From: Eledone cirrhosa
Taxonomy: Eukaryota
DNA: 64,000 bases
NCBI GenBank assembly: GCA_964016885.1
Contig: OZ024744.1
Span: 62,434,001 to 62,498,000, forward strand
Direction of reading: 5' to 3'
Shown: piece after piece, positions 41,125-52,959 of the stretch
Position numbering within the stretch: the stretch's first letter is position 1
Layout: the number at the start of each line of letters is the position of its first letter
The notes under the pieces: model-generated
Database searches by the model: none
Told to the model about the DNA's origin: nothing
Seen by the model: only the letters and a program-made list of their open reading frames with translations
Position numbers and translations under genes: made by a program

Positions 41125-43620
41125 ATAAGATGGCTTGTGAGAGCTATACAAACCATGTATAGAGGAACAGTCAGCAAGGTTAGAATTAACAATGAATATA
41201 GTGAAGAATTTAGCATACAGGTAGTGGGGGAGGATGTTCCAAAAGCACAGTTGTCAGAGTGAGATCAGGTTGGAGAAAGTTCAGGGAGCTACTACCGTTA
41301 CTAACTACAAAAGGTTTTTCTCTCAAAATGAAAGGCAGACTGTATGATGCATGTATATGAACAGCAATGTTGCACAGCAGCGAGACCTGGGCACTGTGTG
41401 TGGAGGACCTGCAAAAATTGGAAAGAAATGAAGCCTCTATGCTTCGCTGGATGTGCAATAGCAATATACGTGAATGCATTGCGTGAGAAATTAGGCATAA
41501 GAAGGATCAATTGTTGCATGCAGGAGAGGAGATTGCATTGGTATGGACATGTGATGCATATGAAGGATGACAGCTGTATAATAAGGTTCAGAGCACTCAA
41601 AGTCGATGGTAGCCATGGTGTGGGCAGGCCTAGGAAGACTTGGAATGAGATAATTGTGACCTTGCACAATTACACCTCTCAAAGGCGATGACACAGGAAT
41701 GCGACCTCTGGTGCTATGCAGTATTACAGAAGACCCGCCCTCCATTGTTCTCAAGATGAGGCTTATACCTAGTAGGCAACACCTTCCTCAACCTGCTATC
41801 CCCTCTCATTCTCCTCCCTTAGTGGTAACCATACCTCACCTACTACCCTATCTACATCTTTTCCTTCCAAGCCTCTCCACCCTCCCTAGTCCCCACTGTG
41901 TACTGTACTGTGTTGTGTCTGTGAAACAACAAAGGTGCCCAGTCCACACTGTAAAGAACATCAAGGCCACACTGTAAAGTGATCGTGTAGGTGTCACAAC
42001 AAAAAGCACCCAGCACTCACTGTAAATGTGGTTGGCGTTAGGAAGGGCATCCATTCGTAGAAAACTAGTCCCGAAACACCCTGCACACACTGTCAATGTG
42101 GGACAAACTTGTCTAACCCACGCTAGTGTGGAAGATAGACGTTAATCAACAATGATGATGATGTAGGTGTTCACCAGGGCTCCATCCTTAGCTCTTTCCT
42201 GTTTATTATTTCTCTACAGGCTATAACAGAAGAATTTAAGATTGGCGGCCCCTGGGGACTTCTGTATGCAGATGATCTAACTCTCATAGCTGAATCTATG
42301 ACAGAATTAAAGAAGAAATTCCAAACCTGGAAGTATGGCCTAGAGTCAAAAGGCCTTAAAGTTAACTTGTCTAAGATTAAAGTTCTAGTATGCAGAAAGG
42401 AAAACATGGTCCAGATCCCCTCTAGAAAATGGCTTTGCTCAATATACAGGAAAGGAGTAGGTAAAAATTCCATCCTATGTCCCAAATGCAAACTATGGGT
42501 ACATAAAAGATGTAGTAAGATCACAGGCAGGTTAGCAAAGGACATAGGCTTTACATGTGGCCAATGCTCATGTATAGTAAGTAGCAAGTGCCCACAGGAT
42601 ACTAGCTCTTTCAAATGCCCAAACGGTGTTATAGAAATAGTCGACTCTTTCCATTACCTGGGCGACAAAATCAACAGTGGAGGAGGAGGTTCCAAAAGTA
42701 CAATAGCCAAAGTAAAAAAGGGATGAAGTTGAGAGAGCTACTACTACTACAAACTACAAAAGGTTTTTTCCTTAAAATGAAGGGCAGATTGTGTGATGCA
42801 TGTATGTGAACAGCAATGTTACATGGTAGTCAAACCTGGGCACTGTCTGCAGAGGACCTACGAAGACTAGAAAAAATGAAGTATGCATGCTCCAATGGAT
42901 GTGTAATAGTAATATATGAGAATGGCTAAGTGTAAATGAACTAAGTGAGAAATTAGGTATAATAGGGATCAGATGCAATATGCAAGAGAGGAGACTATAT
43001 TGGTTTGGTCCTGTAATGCGTATGAAGGATGAAAGTTGTATAAAAAGGTGTAGGGTGATCAAAATTGATGGAAGCTATTGAGTAGGTAGACCCAGGAAAA
43101 CCTGGGACAAGGTGATAAAAACTGACCTTGCTCAACTGAATCTCTCAAAGACACAGGATCAAGATCTTTGGCATTAGACAGTAATACAAAAGACACGCCT
43201 TCCCATGCGCTCACACTTAAACATACACCTAGTAGGCAGCTCCTAACCACTATACCCCCACCCATCCACTCCTACCCACACCACCCTTGCACTGTGAACA
43301 AAATATATCCAACCCACACAGTAAAGTGGTCGAGTAGGGATCACCTCAAAAAGTATCCAGTCCACATTGTAAGGTGGTCTTGTAGGAGTCACGGAAAAAA
43401 GCACCCAGCACACAATGTAAGGTGGTCTTGTAGGAGTCACGGAAAAAAGCACCCAGCACACACTGTAAGGTGGTTGTGTAGGTGCCATGGCGAAAAGCAC
43501 CCAGCACACACTGTCAATGTGGTTGGCGTAAGGAAGAACATCCAGCTGTAGAAATCTAACCAGAAAGAGTTATATATGAGTAAAACATGGTCATCTCACA
43601 GTGGGTTAGACAAATCTGTG
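41125..43620 (+). mobile_element. RTE copy interrupted by a second, 5'-truncated RTE copy (41225-42162)
   Basis: RT reads ..gaatttagcatacagGTAG at 41224 and resumes GTAGgtgttcaccagg at 42163; LYADDL near 42262-42280; PHD-like insert 42436-42567. Confidence 0.85.
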
Positions 43621-43702
43621 GGTTAGACAAATCTGCCTAATGTTAATTATGTATAAACATATGTTCTACTCAGAATCCTGCTGTATTACTACTGTTGTTT
43701 AA

Positions 43703-43749
<47 letters not shown>

Positions 43750-44398
43750 CGCGCGCGCGCGCGCACGTACGTGTACGCCAATATGTTTGTTTACTGTGTG
43801 TTTATGTCCCGTAATTTAGCAGTTAACAAAAAGAAATTAAGAAAATAATAACCAAACTTGAAAAAATAAATAATGGGACCAATATGATTGACTAAATTGT
43901 TTCAATGTGTAGCCCCAGTATGGTCGCAGTCAAATGTCTGAAAACAGTAAAGCAATAAAAGCATAAACAAACAACAGAAAATTTAAAAGCAATCTACACC
44001 CCAAACCCACCAAAAACAATATTTATTTTTAAATGGGTCACAAAAACCTATTTTAATTATTTTCTTTGCTCAACAATATATATAGAGATCTGCAAACCTC
44101 TAAAAACACAAACGGTGAGTACCATGAAAGGAAGTGCCCCAAAACGAAGAGAAATGAGGCAAAATGGGGGAGATTTTACATAATGTTTCTACTTCGGGAA
44201 CAAGGCCAGCAAATATCTCAGTGCATTACTGGTGCTTTATTTTATCAACCGTAAGGGTGAAAGGCAAAGTTAATCTCGGCAGATTTTATCCATTTTCACA
44301 AGAGAAGACATCTCTCACCTACCCCAAATTGGGTGGCAGATCTCCCAGTCAGACGGGGAGAGTTGACAGGTCTGTATATGTATATATATATATATTCA

Positions 44399-44589
44399 AA
44401 TAATTGTTTCTACTTTAGGCACAAGGCCAGCAATTACCCAGTGCATTACTGGTACTTTATTTTATCGACCCCGAAAGGATGAAAGGCAAAGTCAACCTTG
44501 GCGGAATTTGAACTCAGATTGTAAAGGGATGTAACTATGCTGGAAAGCATGGCGTCCGACCCTCTACCGATACTGCCAATCCACCGCCC
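44399..44589 (-). mobile_element. Full-length SINE family A with TSD
   Basis: Head gggcggtggattggcagtatcgg; tatatattcaaataat duplicated at 44389-44404 and 44592-44607. Confidence 0.9.
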
Positions 44590-44624
44590 TGTATATATTC
44601 AAATAATGGTTCCAAAGTTGCTAG

Positions 44625-45560
44625 GCTAAGGGGTGGCAGGGGATGAACTCTCACTGCTTAGAAAATGATCCACGTGACATGCGCCTCAAATAGCCTCTGG
44701 CAACCAAGTCCAACTCTTGGCCTTCTCATGTAGCGTAACAAACACGCCCAGCAGAACTGTCTCTATGACAGGAGAAGGGGGTGCAGGCAGGTTTTACCGC
44801 CTTTAAACCAGTGCTCCTGGTGGCTGGGACTCGTCAGCCCAAGAGGTTGCATGTTGAGGGAAGATGTGCTGATCTCCCATAAAAAATCCTACCCAGGCCT
44901 GGGCTCTGGAGAGGTCACTCTAACATTGCATCACTGCGGCCAGCTGTTTGGCTTATGTTTCACAGTCATCCTAAAACCTGTATTTGGAACGTTAACTGAT
45001 GGTGTCTACCTCCACACCAGACCAGACCAGACAGGAAGCTATTTAGTCTGTCAAGGCTGAAAGCGAAATCCAAGATCCATCAGATACTCATCAGAGTTGT
45101 TTACAGCTGATGCAGCATTGGCAGCACCTCATGAACAAACTCTCAAAGGCCTGCTTGGAATTCAGCCTGACCATTAGACTGAAGAAAACCAACATACTGG
45201 GCCAAAGTGTCAAGCACCTCCCTACCATCACCATCAATTACTAAGAGTTGGAGGAGGTCCACAAATTCATCAACCTCAGCTCTACCATTACTGACAGACT
45301 CTCCCTGGACCCGGAGATCAGCAGGAGAGTTGAACCAGCAACCGTCACATTTGCCAGGCTGATGAAGAGAGTCTGGGGGAACAGGAAGTTAACTACAAAC
45401 ACCAAGATTGCTGCCTACATGATGTGTGTCCACAGCAAGGAGCCCTTACTGCAGACAGAAGTGGTGTCTCAATGTCTTCCACCTTCATAGCCTGAGACAC
45501 ATTTTGGATATCAAGTCGACTGACCGGGTCACCAACACAGATGGCTCTGTTTGAGCCGGG
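44625..45560 (+). mobile_element. BovB/AviRTE-like RTE, 5' UTR joined to the RT C-terminal half
   Basis: GVYLHTR.D..LF.LSRLKAK, ADAAL, LKKTNILGQ, LEEVHKF.NLSSTI..SLDPEI..F.RL.KRVW.N.KL...TK. Confidence 0.7.
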
Positions 45561-45654
45561 TGTATATGCTGAGTATCTTGGTAAGTTGAGGTTAACTCAC
45601 TTTCTGTATGTTACAGTAATTTAGTTTTGTTTTATGTGTTTATGTATATATATA

Positions 45655-48600
45655 TCATCATTATCATCATCATCATCATCATCATCATCATCGTTTAACG
45701 TCTACCTTCCACGCTAGCATGGGTTTAGATGGGAATTGTCCCACTTGGGGCAAGATTGGTCGGGTGACCATGTCTCGCTCGTATAGGACTGTCTGGTGGA
45801 TTTTCTATGGCTGGATGCCCTTCCTAACACCAACCAAGTTTACAGTGTGGACTGGCAGGTTTTTACCGTGTTACCTACACGGCCACATTACAGCGTGGTC
45901 TGTGTGTTTTTTGAGTCGTGACACCTACACAACCTCATTTATTTTGGATTTGATGTTGTGGTACCAACATAACTTTACAGAAAAGGGGCTGGTGTTGGTG
46001 GGAGTGGGAGGGTGGAGTAGGGGTAGTGGGATGGGTGTATATTTGGTTAAGAGGTGCCTACTGACTGTAGGTTTCGCTTTGTAAATAGGCAAGGCGGGTC
46101 TTCTGTATTACTGCGTAGCGCCAAAGATCTCGGTCCAGTGACATTGTCTTAGAGAGGTGTAAGTGTGTAAGGTCAGAATTTATCAAATCGTCCCAGGTTT
46201 TTCTGGGTCTACCTACTCCGTAGCTTCCATCAATTTTCATTGCCCTGCACTTTTTTATACAGCTGTCGTCTTTCATGTGCATCACATGACCATACCAACG
46301 TAGTCTTCTCTCGAGTAAACAGCATCTGATCCCTCTTATTCCTAATTTCTCACTTAGTTCATTTATGCTTTGCTGTTCACGTATATTACTATTACACATC
46401 CAATGGAGCATGCATGCTTTGTTCCTCTCCAGTCTGCGCAGATCCTCTGCACACAATGCCCAGGTCTCACTGCCATGTAACATTGCTGTTCGTATGCAGG
46501 CATCATACAGCCTGCCTTTCATTTTTAGAGAGAACCCTTTAGCGACCAATAGTGGTATAAGCTCTCTGAACTTTTTCCATCCCGTTCTTACTCTGGCTAC
46601 TGTACTTTCAGAGCACCCTCCACCACTGCTGATTTCATCACCCAGGTAATGGAAAGTGTCCACTATTTCTATAGAACCATCTGGGCAATAGAAGGAGCTA
46701 GTATCCTGTTGGCACTTGCTACTTACTGCACCTGAGCACAGGCCACATATAAAATCTACATTCTTAGATAGATTACCTGTGATCCCACTCCATCTTTTAT
46801 GTACCCATACTTTGCATTTGGGACATAAAATGGAATTTCTGCCTATTCCTTTCCTACACACTGAGCATGGCCATTTGCCAGAGGGTACCTATGCCCTATT
46901 TTCCTTCCTCCAAACTAGAACTTTAGTCTTAGACAAGTTAACTTTAAGGCCTTTTGATTCTAGGCCATGCTTCCACGTTTGGAATTTCTTCTCTAGTTCA
47001 GCCATAGATTCAGCTATGAGAGTTAGATCATCTGCATATAGAAGTTCTCATGGGCAGCCAGTCTTGAACTCCTCCGTTATAGCCTGAAGGGCAATAATAA
47101 ACAGGAGGGGGCTAAGGACAGAGCCTTGATGAACACCAACTTTTACTCTAAATTCTTCACTATATTCGTTGTTAACTCTAACCTTGCTGACTGTTTCTTT
47201 ATACATGGCTTGTATAGCTCTCACAAGCCATTCATCAACTCCTAGTTTTCTAAGAGCCCACCAGATAATGGAGCGGGGGGGGGGGGGGCTCTGTCAAAGG
47301 CTTTCTCCAAGTCAACAAAAGCTAAGTAGAGGGGTTTACTTTTAGCTAGGTACTTCTCCTGTAGTTGTTGTACAAGGAAAAGAGTGTCTGTGGTACTCTT
47401 ACCTGACACAAACCCGAACTGCATTTCATCTAGATCAATTCGCTCTCTGATTAGTTGCGCTATTACTTTTTCTGTGACCTTCATGACCTGGTCAACCAAT
47501 TTAATGCCTCTATAGTTTCCTCTTCTTGTAGCAGTTAATGATGATGCTGCTACGCCAGTCATTTGGTATGACCCCATTCTGTATGACTTGGTTTACTATC
47601 CGGGTGACCATAGTGCTTTCAGCATTTCAGCAACTATCTCCGAAGGCCCAGCTGCCTTGCCTGTCTTCATATCTTTGATTACCTTACTTATTATACTACC
47701 TTCAACTTGCACTACTGGTCCCTCTATTGGATCAATTTGGGGTAGACTATCTTTTTCCCATTTATTCTCCTCATTTAGTAGTCTCTTTGTAGTGACACTT
47801 CCAAGCTACCTTCTTATCATCATCAGTGATGGCAAGTACACCATCATCATTATGGACATTCATTTTACGTCCGCTCTTCCCTGCTTGCAAGGGTGGGACG
47901 GGAACTGATTCTGGCTTGATTTCTACAGCTGGATGCCCTTCCTAACACCAACCTCATTTACAGTGAGTGCTGGGTGCTTTTTTGCCGTGGCACCTCCACG
48001 TCCACTTTGCAGTGGAATGATAGGGACCCCAGTCCCTTTCATCTCATTTCTACAGCTGAGGAAACTGGAGCAATGTGAAATAAAGTGTCTTGCTCAAGGA
48101 AACAACACATCACCCGGTCTGAGAATTGAACTCACAACCTTTCGATTGCAAGGCCAATGCTCTAACCACTAAGCCATGTGCCTCCATTATCACGGTTTTC
48201 CTTGACACATTGTCTTGCAATCCTGGACACCTCACGTTTTTGTTCCTCACGTTGTAGAACATGCTTGAACATTCTTTCCTCTGCTTCCCTTCTTGCAAGG
48301 TACACTTGTCTCCTAGCTTCTCTCCTGGCCACTTGATAGTGTTCTCTACTTCCCCCATCCCGCCATACTTTCCAAGCCTGCTTTTTGGCCTTGATTGTCT
48401 CCTCCACCTTACTGTTCCACCACCAAGTTACTCTCCTCCTGCCTATAGGTCTGCTCCAGCCACAGATTTCATCTGCCGCCTTCAGCAGGTTAGCTTTCAG
48501 GAATTCCCACTGTTCCTCTATATTGTACGACTCTAATTGCTCTTCTTTACTGTCAAAAGCATCAAATAATATGCTTTTAAATTTGTTACTGGCTGTGGGG

Positions 48601-49890
48601 TCCTTTAACTTCCATATTCTTCTCCTCAGGGTAGTCCTCCTTTGTTGTCGAGTACGTCTAGTCCTGACTATGAGGTCACTAACTATGAGTCTATGTTGGG
48701 AGGTGCATTCTTCACGGGGGAGGGATTTAGTGTTTACGACAGACATTCTGTCAAGTATTCTGGTAAGGATATAATCTATCTGACTGGCGTTTTCCCCTGA
48801 TCTATAAGTGATCAAGTGCTTGTCTCGTTTTTTGAAGTTTGTATTACAGATAGTTAGGTTATTAGCATCACAGAATTCCAGGATTCTGGAGCCTTCCTCA
48901 TTTCAAGTACCAAACCCATAGCCTCCATGGATTCTGTCATAGCCGTCACAATGTTGTCCAACGTGACCGTTTAGGTCGCCAGCAATAATTATGTAGTCAC
49001 TGTCGGTTATTTGGGAGGTAGTGATCATTAACCACTCATAGAATCTGTCTTTTATAATGCTAGGTAGTCCAGATTGGAGTGCCTAAGATGATATTATTGT
49101 CACAGTAGTTCTGTTTAGGACTAGTCTTACTTTAATTATTCTGTCGTTCACTCTATTTACAGCAATTACCTTATCTACATCGTTTTTTACCCACAATGAA
49201 TCTGGCAGACCACCCCTCCACCTGGTCTCTTGAACACAACAAACATCAACTTCCTTACGTTCAAGCATTTCTACAACCTCATTTGAGTGACCTTTTAAGG
49301 TGCCTACATTCATGGTACCAACTCTGAAGTTTTGGATTTCGTTGGGTGGGTGCAAGGGATGGGTTGGAGGTGCAGGGAGGGCTGAGGGAGATGGGGTTAT
49401 GTTAGCCATCCGTGTTGGAAATAAAGAGGAGCCCTTGCATTCTCGTCCGGCAACAGGAGGTGAATTTATCTTTATCTTTGACATTGAGTGTTCACATTCT
49501 TCAGACTCTCCAAATTCTGTAGTCCATCTAGCAAATCGAAAAGCAACCAGGTCTAAACTTAAGGAGTAATAGCTGAGGCGGTGGCTTTGTGATAGAGATT
49601 GGTAAGAGAAACTTATTATAAACTGCTGAATTATGATTGGACCAAATAGTAATGGTGGCGTGTGGGGGCGGGAGGGGGGGGGGGAGTTAATGAGAAGATT
49701 ATTTTTCTAAAGGTCCTACAGATTCGACCATAATTATGAGAAGTTAAACGAGAAGTTTAATATAAATACTGATAGGTAAATGGACTAAGAAACATGGAGA
49801 GACAAGAAAATTAAGTGAAATACATTACATTTCTCAAAACGACAATTCAGCAACAGTAAGGATTCGACAAATTCTGAGTTCATAACTCAC
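45655..49890 (-). mobile_element. Near-full-length RTE family A LINE (APE-RT pseudogene)
   Basis: APE NVGTLKG..CCVQETRW, GDLNGHVG, QIDYIL, SQHRL; RT MQFGF..AFVDLEKAFDR, LYADDL (~47027-47038), YLG; ORF ends at 46058; (GAT)n tail at 45655-45692; in-frame stops and a SINE insertion; 5' boundary uncertain. Confidence 0.9.
47850..48186 (-). mobile_element. tRNA-head SINE with RTE-derived 3' part, inserted in the RTE
   Basis: Head tggaggcacatggcttagtggttagagc..gagttcaattc; middle matches RTE 3' UTR at 35530-35630; tail matches 59455-59500. Confidence 0.75.
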
Positions 49891-49898
49891 GACAGGTT

Positions 49899-49983
<85 letters not shown>

Positions 49984-49992
49984 ATCTACATA

Positions 49993-50184
49993 TGCATACA
50001 CATATACATAAACACATAGGCACACATATAATATATAATGTGCATGTCCTTTATATAACTGAACAGTTTTCCCTACCTTAAGCTATTACTGCACACACAT
50101 ACATAAACACATAGGCACACATATAATGTATTATACATATGTCTTTTACATGACTGAACAGTTTTCTCTACCTTAACCTATTAC
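49993..50184. repeat. Two-copy ~96-bp tandem duplication after a (TA)n run
   Basis: tacataaacacataggcacacatataat..actgaacagttttc.ctaccttaa.ctattac occurs twice. Confidence 0.85.
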
Positions 50185-50504
50185 CAGTTGAATGCCAACA
50201 ACTTTTTAAAGTGTAACAAAGGTCTTTATTTTGGTAACAATGATTGAGATTGTCTTGTTCCAAAGCAAATATGAGCAAGAGTGGAAATAGAAGGGGAGGG
50301 ATATTTAAAAGTGAACAGGTATGTATAATTATGAAAGTGGGGATGGGATAGTATACAATGAAATGATGCAAGAGAGATTAAATGAAGGCTCTATGATTGA
50401 TTATTGGAAGGAGATTGAATAAACAACAGCAGGAAAAGCAACAAGTGGTGAGTGCAAGGGACGAATATTACCAGGGATGCATAACAGTGAGTGATAGTTG
50501 TCAA

Positions 50505-50677
50505 CATTGCCAGATTTATCATTGTGCTTAGGTGTGCTTAAGCACAGGGCCCCATTGGCCGGCGGTGGTGCGGAGTGGTGGGTGGGGATATCTTCCTGTC
50601 AAAAACATTTTTTACAATGAATTTTTCAAATGTAAGAGGCCTCATAACTTAACTAGCACAGGGCCTCATTTGTCCTT
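50505..50677. mobile_element. hAT-like MITE, truncated copy
   Basis: Shares cattgtgcttaggtgtgcttaagcac and ggcctcatttgtctt with 51629-51791. Confidence 0.65.
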
Positions 50678-51519
50678 TTCATACTAACTCACCGGAGACA
50701 GTCTCTGTTTCTTTTAGAAAAAACTGTCCATTATAGAGTATGCATATTTAAATTAAAACCTTTTTAATAGGCATTAAAATGAATGGTGAAATATATTTAA
50801 TGAACATGAAGTTGATGATGAACATATGATGGAGAGTATGAGAGATTCATGAAATTTCGTCCTACAGATAAAATGAAAGAATTGCTGGATAGATTTTATG
50901 GGCAAAAACCAACTGGCAGGAAACCCAGGGGTAGATCCAGAACAAGATGGTTGGATAACATCCATGAGCTTGGGGATCTAGTTGGATCAGTCGAAAACGG
51001 TTGCTTCTGATAGGAGGGCTCACTGGAAGGAGTGTTTGAGGACTTTTCCCCCCACAACCCTCTCAGGAATATGTGAGTGAAGAAGAAGAAAAAATGAATG
51101 TATTCATTTATCAAAAACAATGAAGTATTGGATTTACAACTATGTTAAAATCCTCTGATAGTTTATAGAAAATGAAAAAGCAAATTTTGGAAAGAGAAGA
51201 GGTTGGAAGATTAGAAGAAGAAAAAAAAGCATCATGAATATGTGTGTTGTAGTGGGTGAGGAAGGAAATGTGTGAGGAAGAGGAAAAGGACAAAGAAATG
51301 GTAACAAGAGAGAAAACAAAGGGAGGAGGAAAAGAAAATATGAGAAAGAATTTTAAAAAAAGAAAGAGGAAAAAAAAAAGAAGGTCACAGAAGATTGGTG
51401 GTACATTGCAAGAGCAGTTAAAGAAATCTGGAAATTTGAAGAAGACTTTGATTGTCCAGGTAAATCTGTAGTCGATCCAGGTGGTGGATGGGCAGAGTAC
51501 CAATATCCCAGTTAGAATA

Positions 51520-52695
51520 TATTCATGAGAAAAACTGGGCATAAAAGGGATCAAATGCAGTGTACAAGAGAGAAAAGTATGTTGGTTTGGACATGTGATG
51601 CATGTGAAGAATGAGAGAGGCATACAAAAGTGCAGGATTTACCATTGTGCTTAGGTGTGCTTAAGCACAAGGCCCCATTAACCATTGGTGCTATCTTCTT
51701 GCCAAAAGAATTTTTTACAATGAATTTTTGAAATATTTGGGACCTCATGACTTAACTAGCCCAGGCCTCATTTGTCTTAAATCCAACACTGCAGAGAACT
51801 CAAAATTGAGGGAACCAGTGGAAGAAGACCTAGGAAAACATAGGATTATGTGGTGAAGGCTGATGTTATGCAGCTGAACCTCATGGAGGAAATGACACAG
51901 GATTTAGTCAACTGGCAATGTACCATACTACAGAAGACTCACATGAACGGGATAGAATGTGTATGGAGAGGAGGGTGCAAAATACAGAAAGATGTAGCAA
52001 CATTCCTCCTCTTACACCATATCTCCCCCTACTCACACTAGTCTTCCTCTTATCCACATCCCTAATTCCTCCTTCCCTGTCCAGCTCATGCCATCAAGGA
52101 AAGACATATGTATCTCCACTGTACTGCCAGATGCTACTCACTCCCTCTCTCCAATCACACAAGCCAACATTTACTCCCCCATCCCACCCTGCAAAAAAAA
52201 ATTATCTGAATCACCATCTCTTCATTCAACTACACCAGCATGGAAAGCTGGGTGCACTTCCAAATACTACTGGATATCACTCACCTCCCTTAAACTCCCC
52301 CACTCTCTCAGCAAGCTACAGGTAGCTTACCACAGCTCTCACTCCCTCATTCCTTATCTCTGCCCTCCCACCCTGACTGAAGACATAAGCACTCTCATGT
52401 TGAAATATGGTAGTGCTGATGCTACAAATAAATGCGCTCAACCCACATAATAAAATGGTAGTACTACTGCCATGTTAAAAATGCACCGAGCCCACTCTGT
52501 TCAGTGGTAGTGCTGGTGCCACAATAAAACTCACCCAGTACACACTGTGAAGTGGTTGGTGTTATGAAGGGCATCCAGTCATAGAAACTAAACCATAATA
52601 TAACGTACGAGTGAGACAGAGTCATATGACCTGTCAAGTCTCAGAAGGGGACAACCTGTTTAACTCATGCAAGCTTAGAAAATAGATATCAAATG
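51520..52695 (+). mobile_element. RTE 3' part with a nested hAT-like MITE (51629-51791)
   Basis: EKLGIKGIKCSVQERKVCWFGHVMH, then MITE ends agtgcaggattta / taaatccaacactg, then RRPRKT. Confidence 0.7.
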
Positions 52696-52959
52696 GTGCA
52701 TCCTTATCCTTCTCATTTAACATCTGACTTTCCCTACTATATTATATTGTCATCATGCCACATCTTTCCACTCTGGAATGAGTTGGATGGGTTGTCACAA
52801 TCCGACACCATAAGGATTAGAGCAACCAATCTTGCTTATTGCGTTCCCTATTTAGCAGTTTCTATGGCCGGATGCCCTTCATTATGCCAACTACTTTGGC
52901 TTTTAACTTCTATGGTGATACTAATGACAGACGATAGTTCGGCACCTTCTATTTCAACA

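Noticed and set aside
43300-43520. ~57-bp repeated units that look CRISPR-like
   Set aside because: Tandem units of the RTE 3' UTR (aaaagcacccagcacac..gtaaggtggt) with no unique spacers, in a eukaryotic context
48110-48186. tRNA gene
   Set aside because: SINE head; continues into SINE body and lacks a complete cloverleaf
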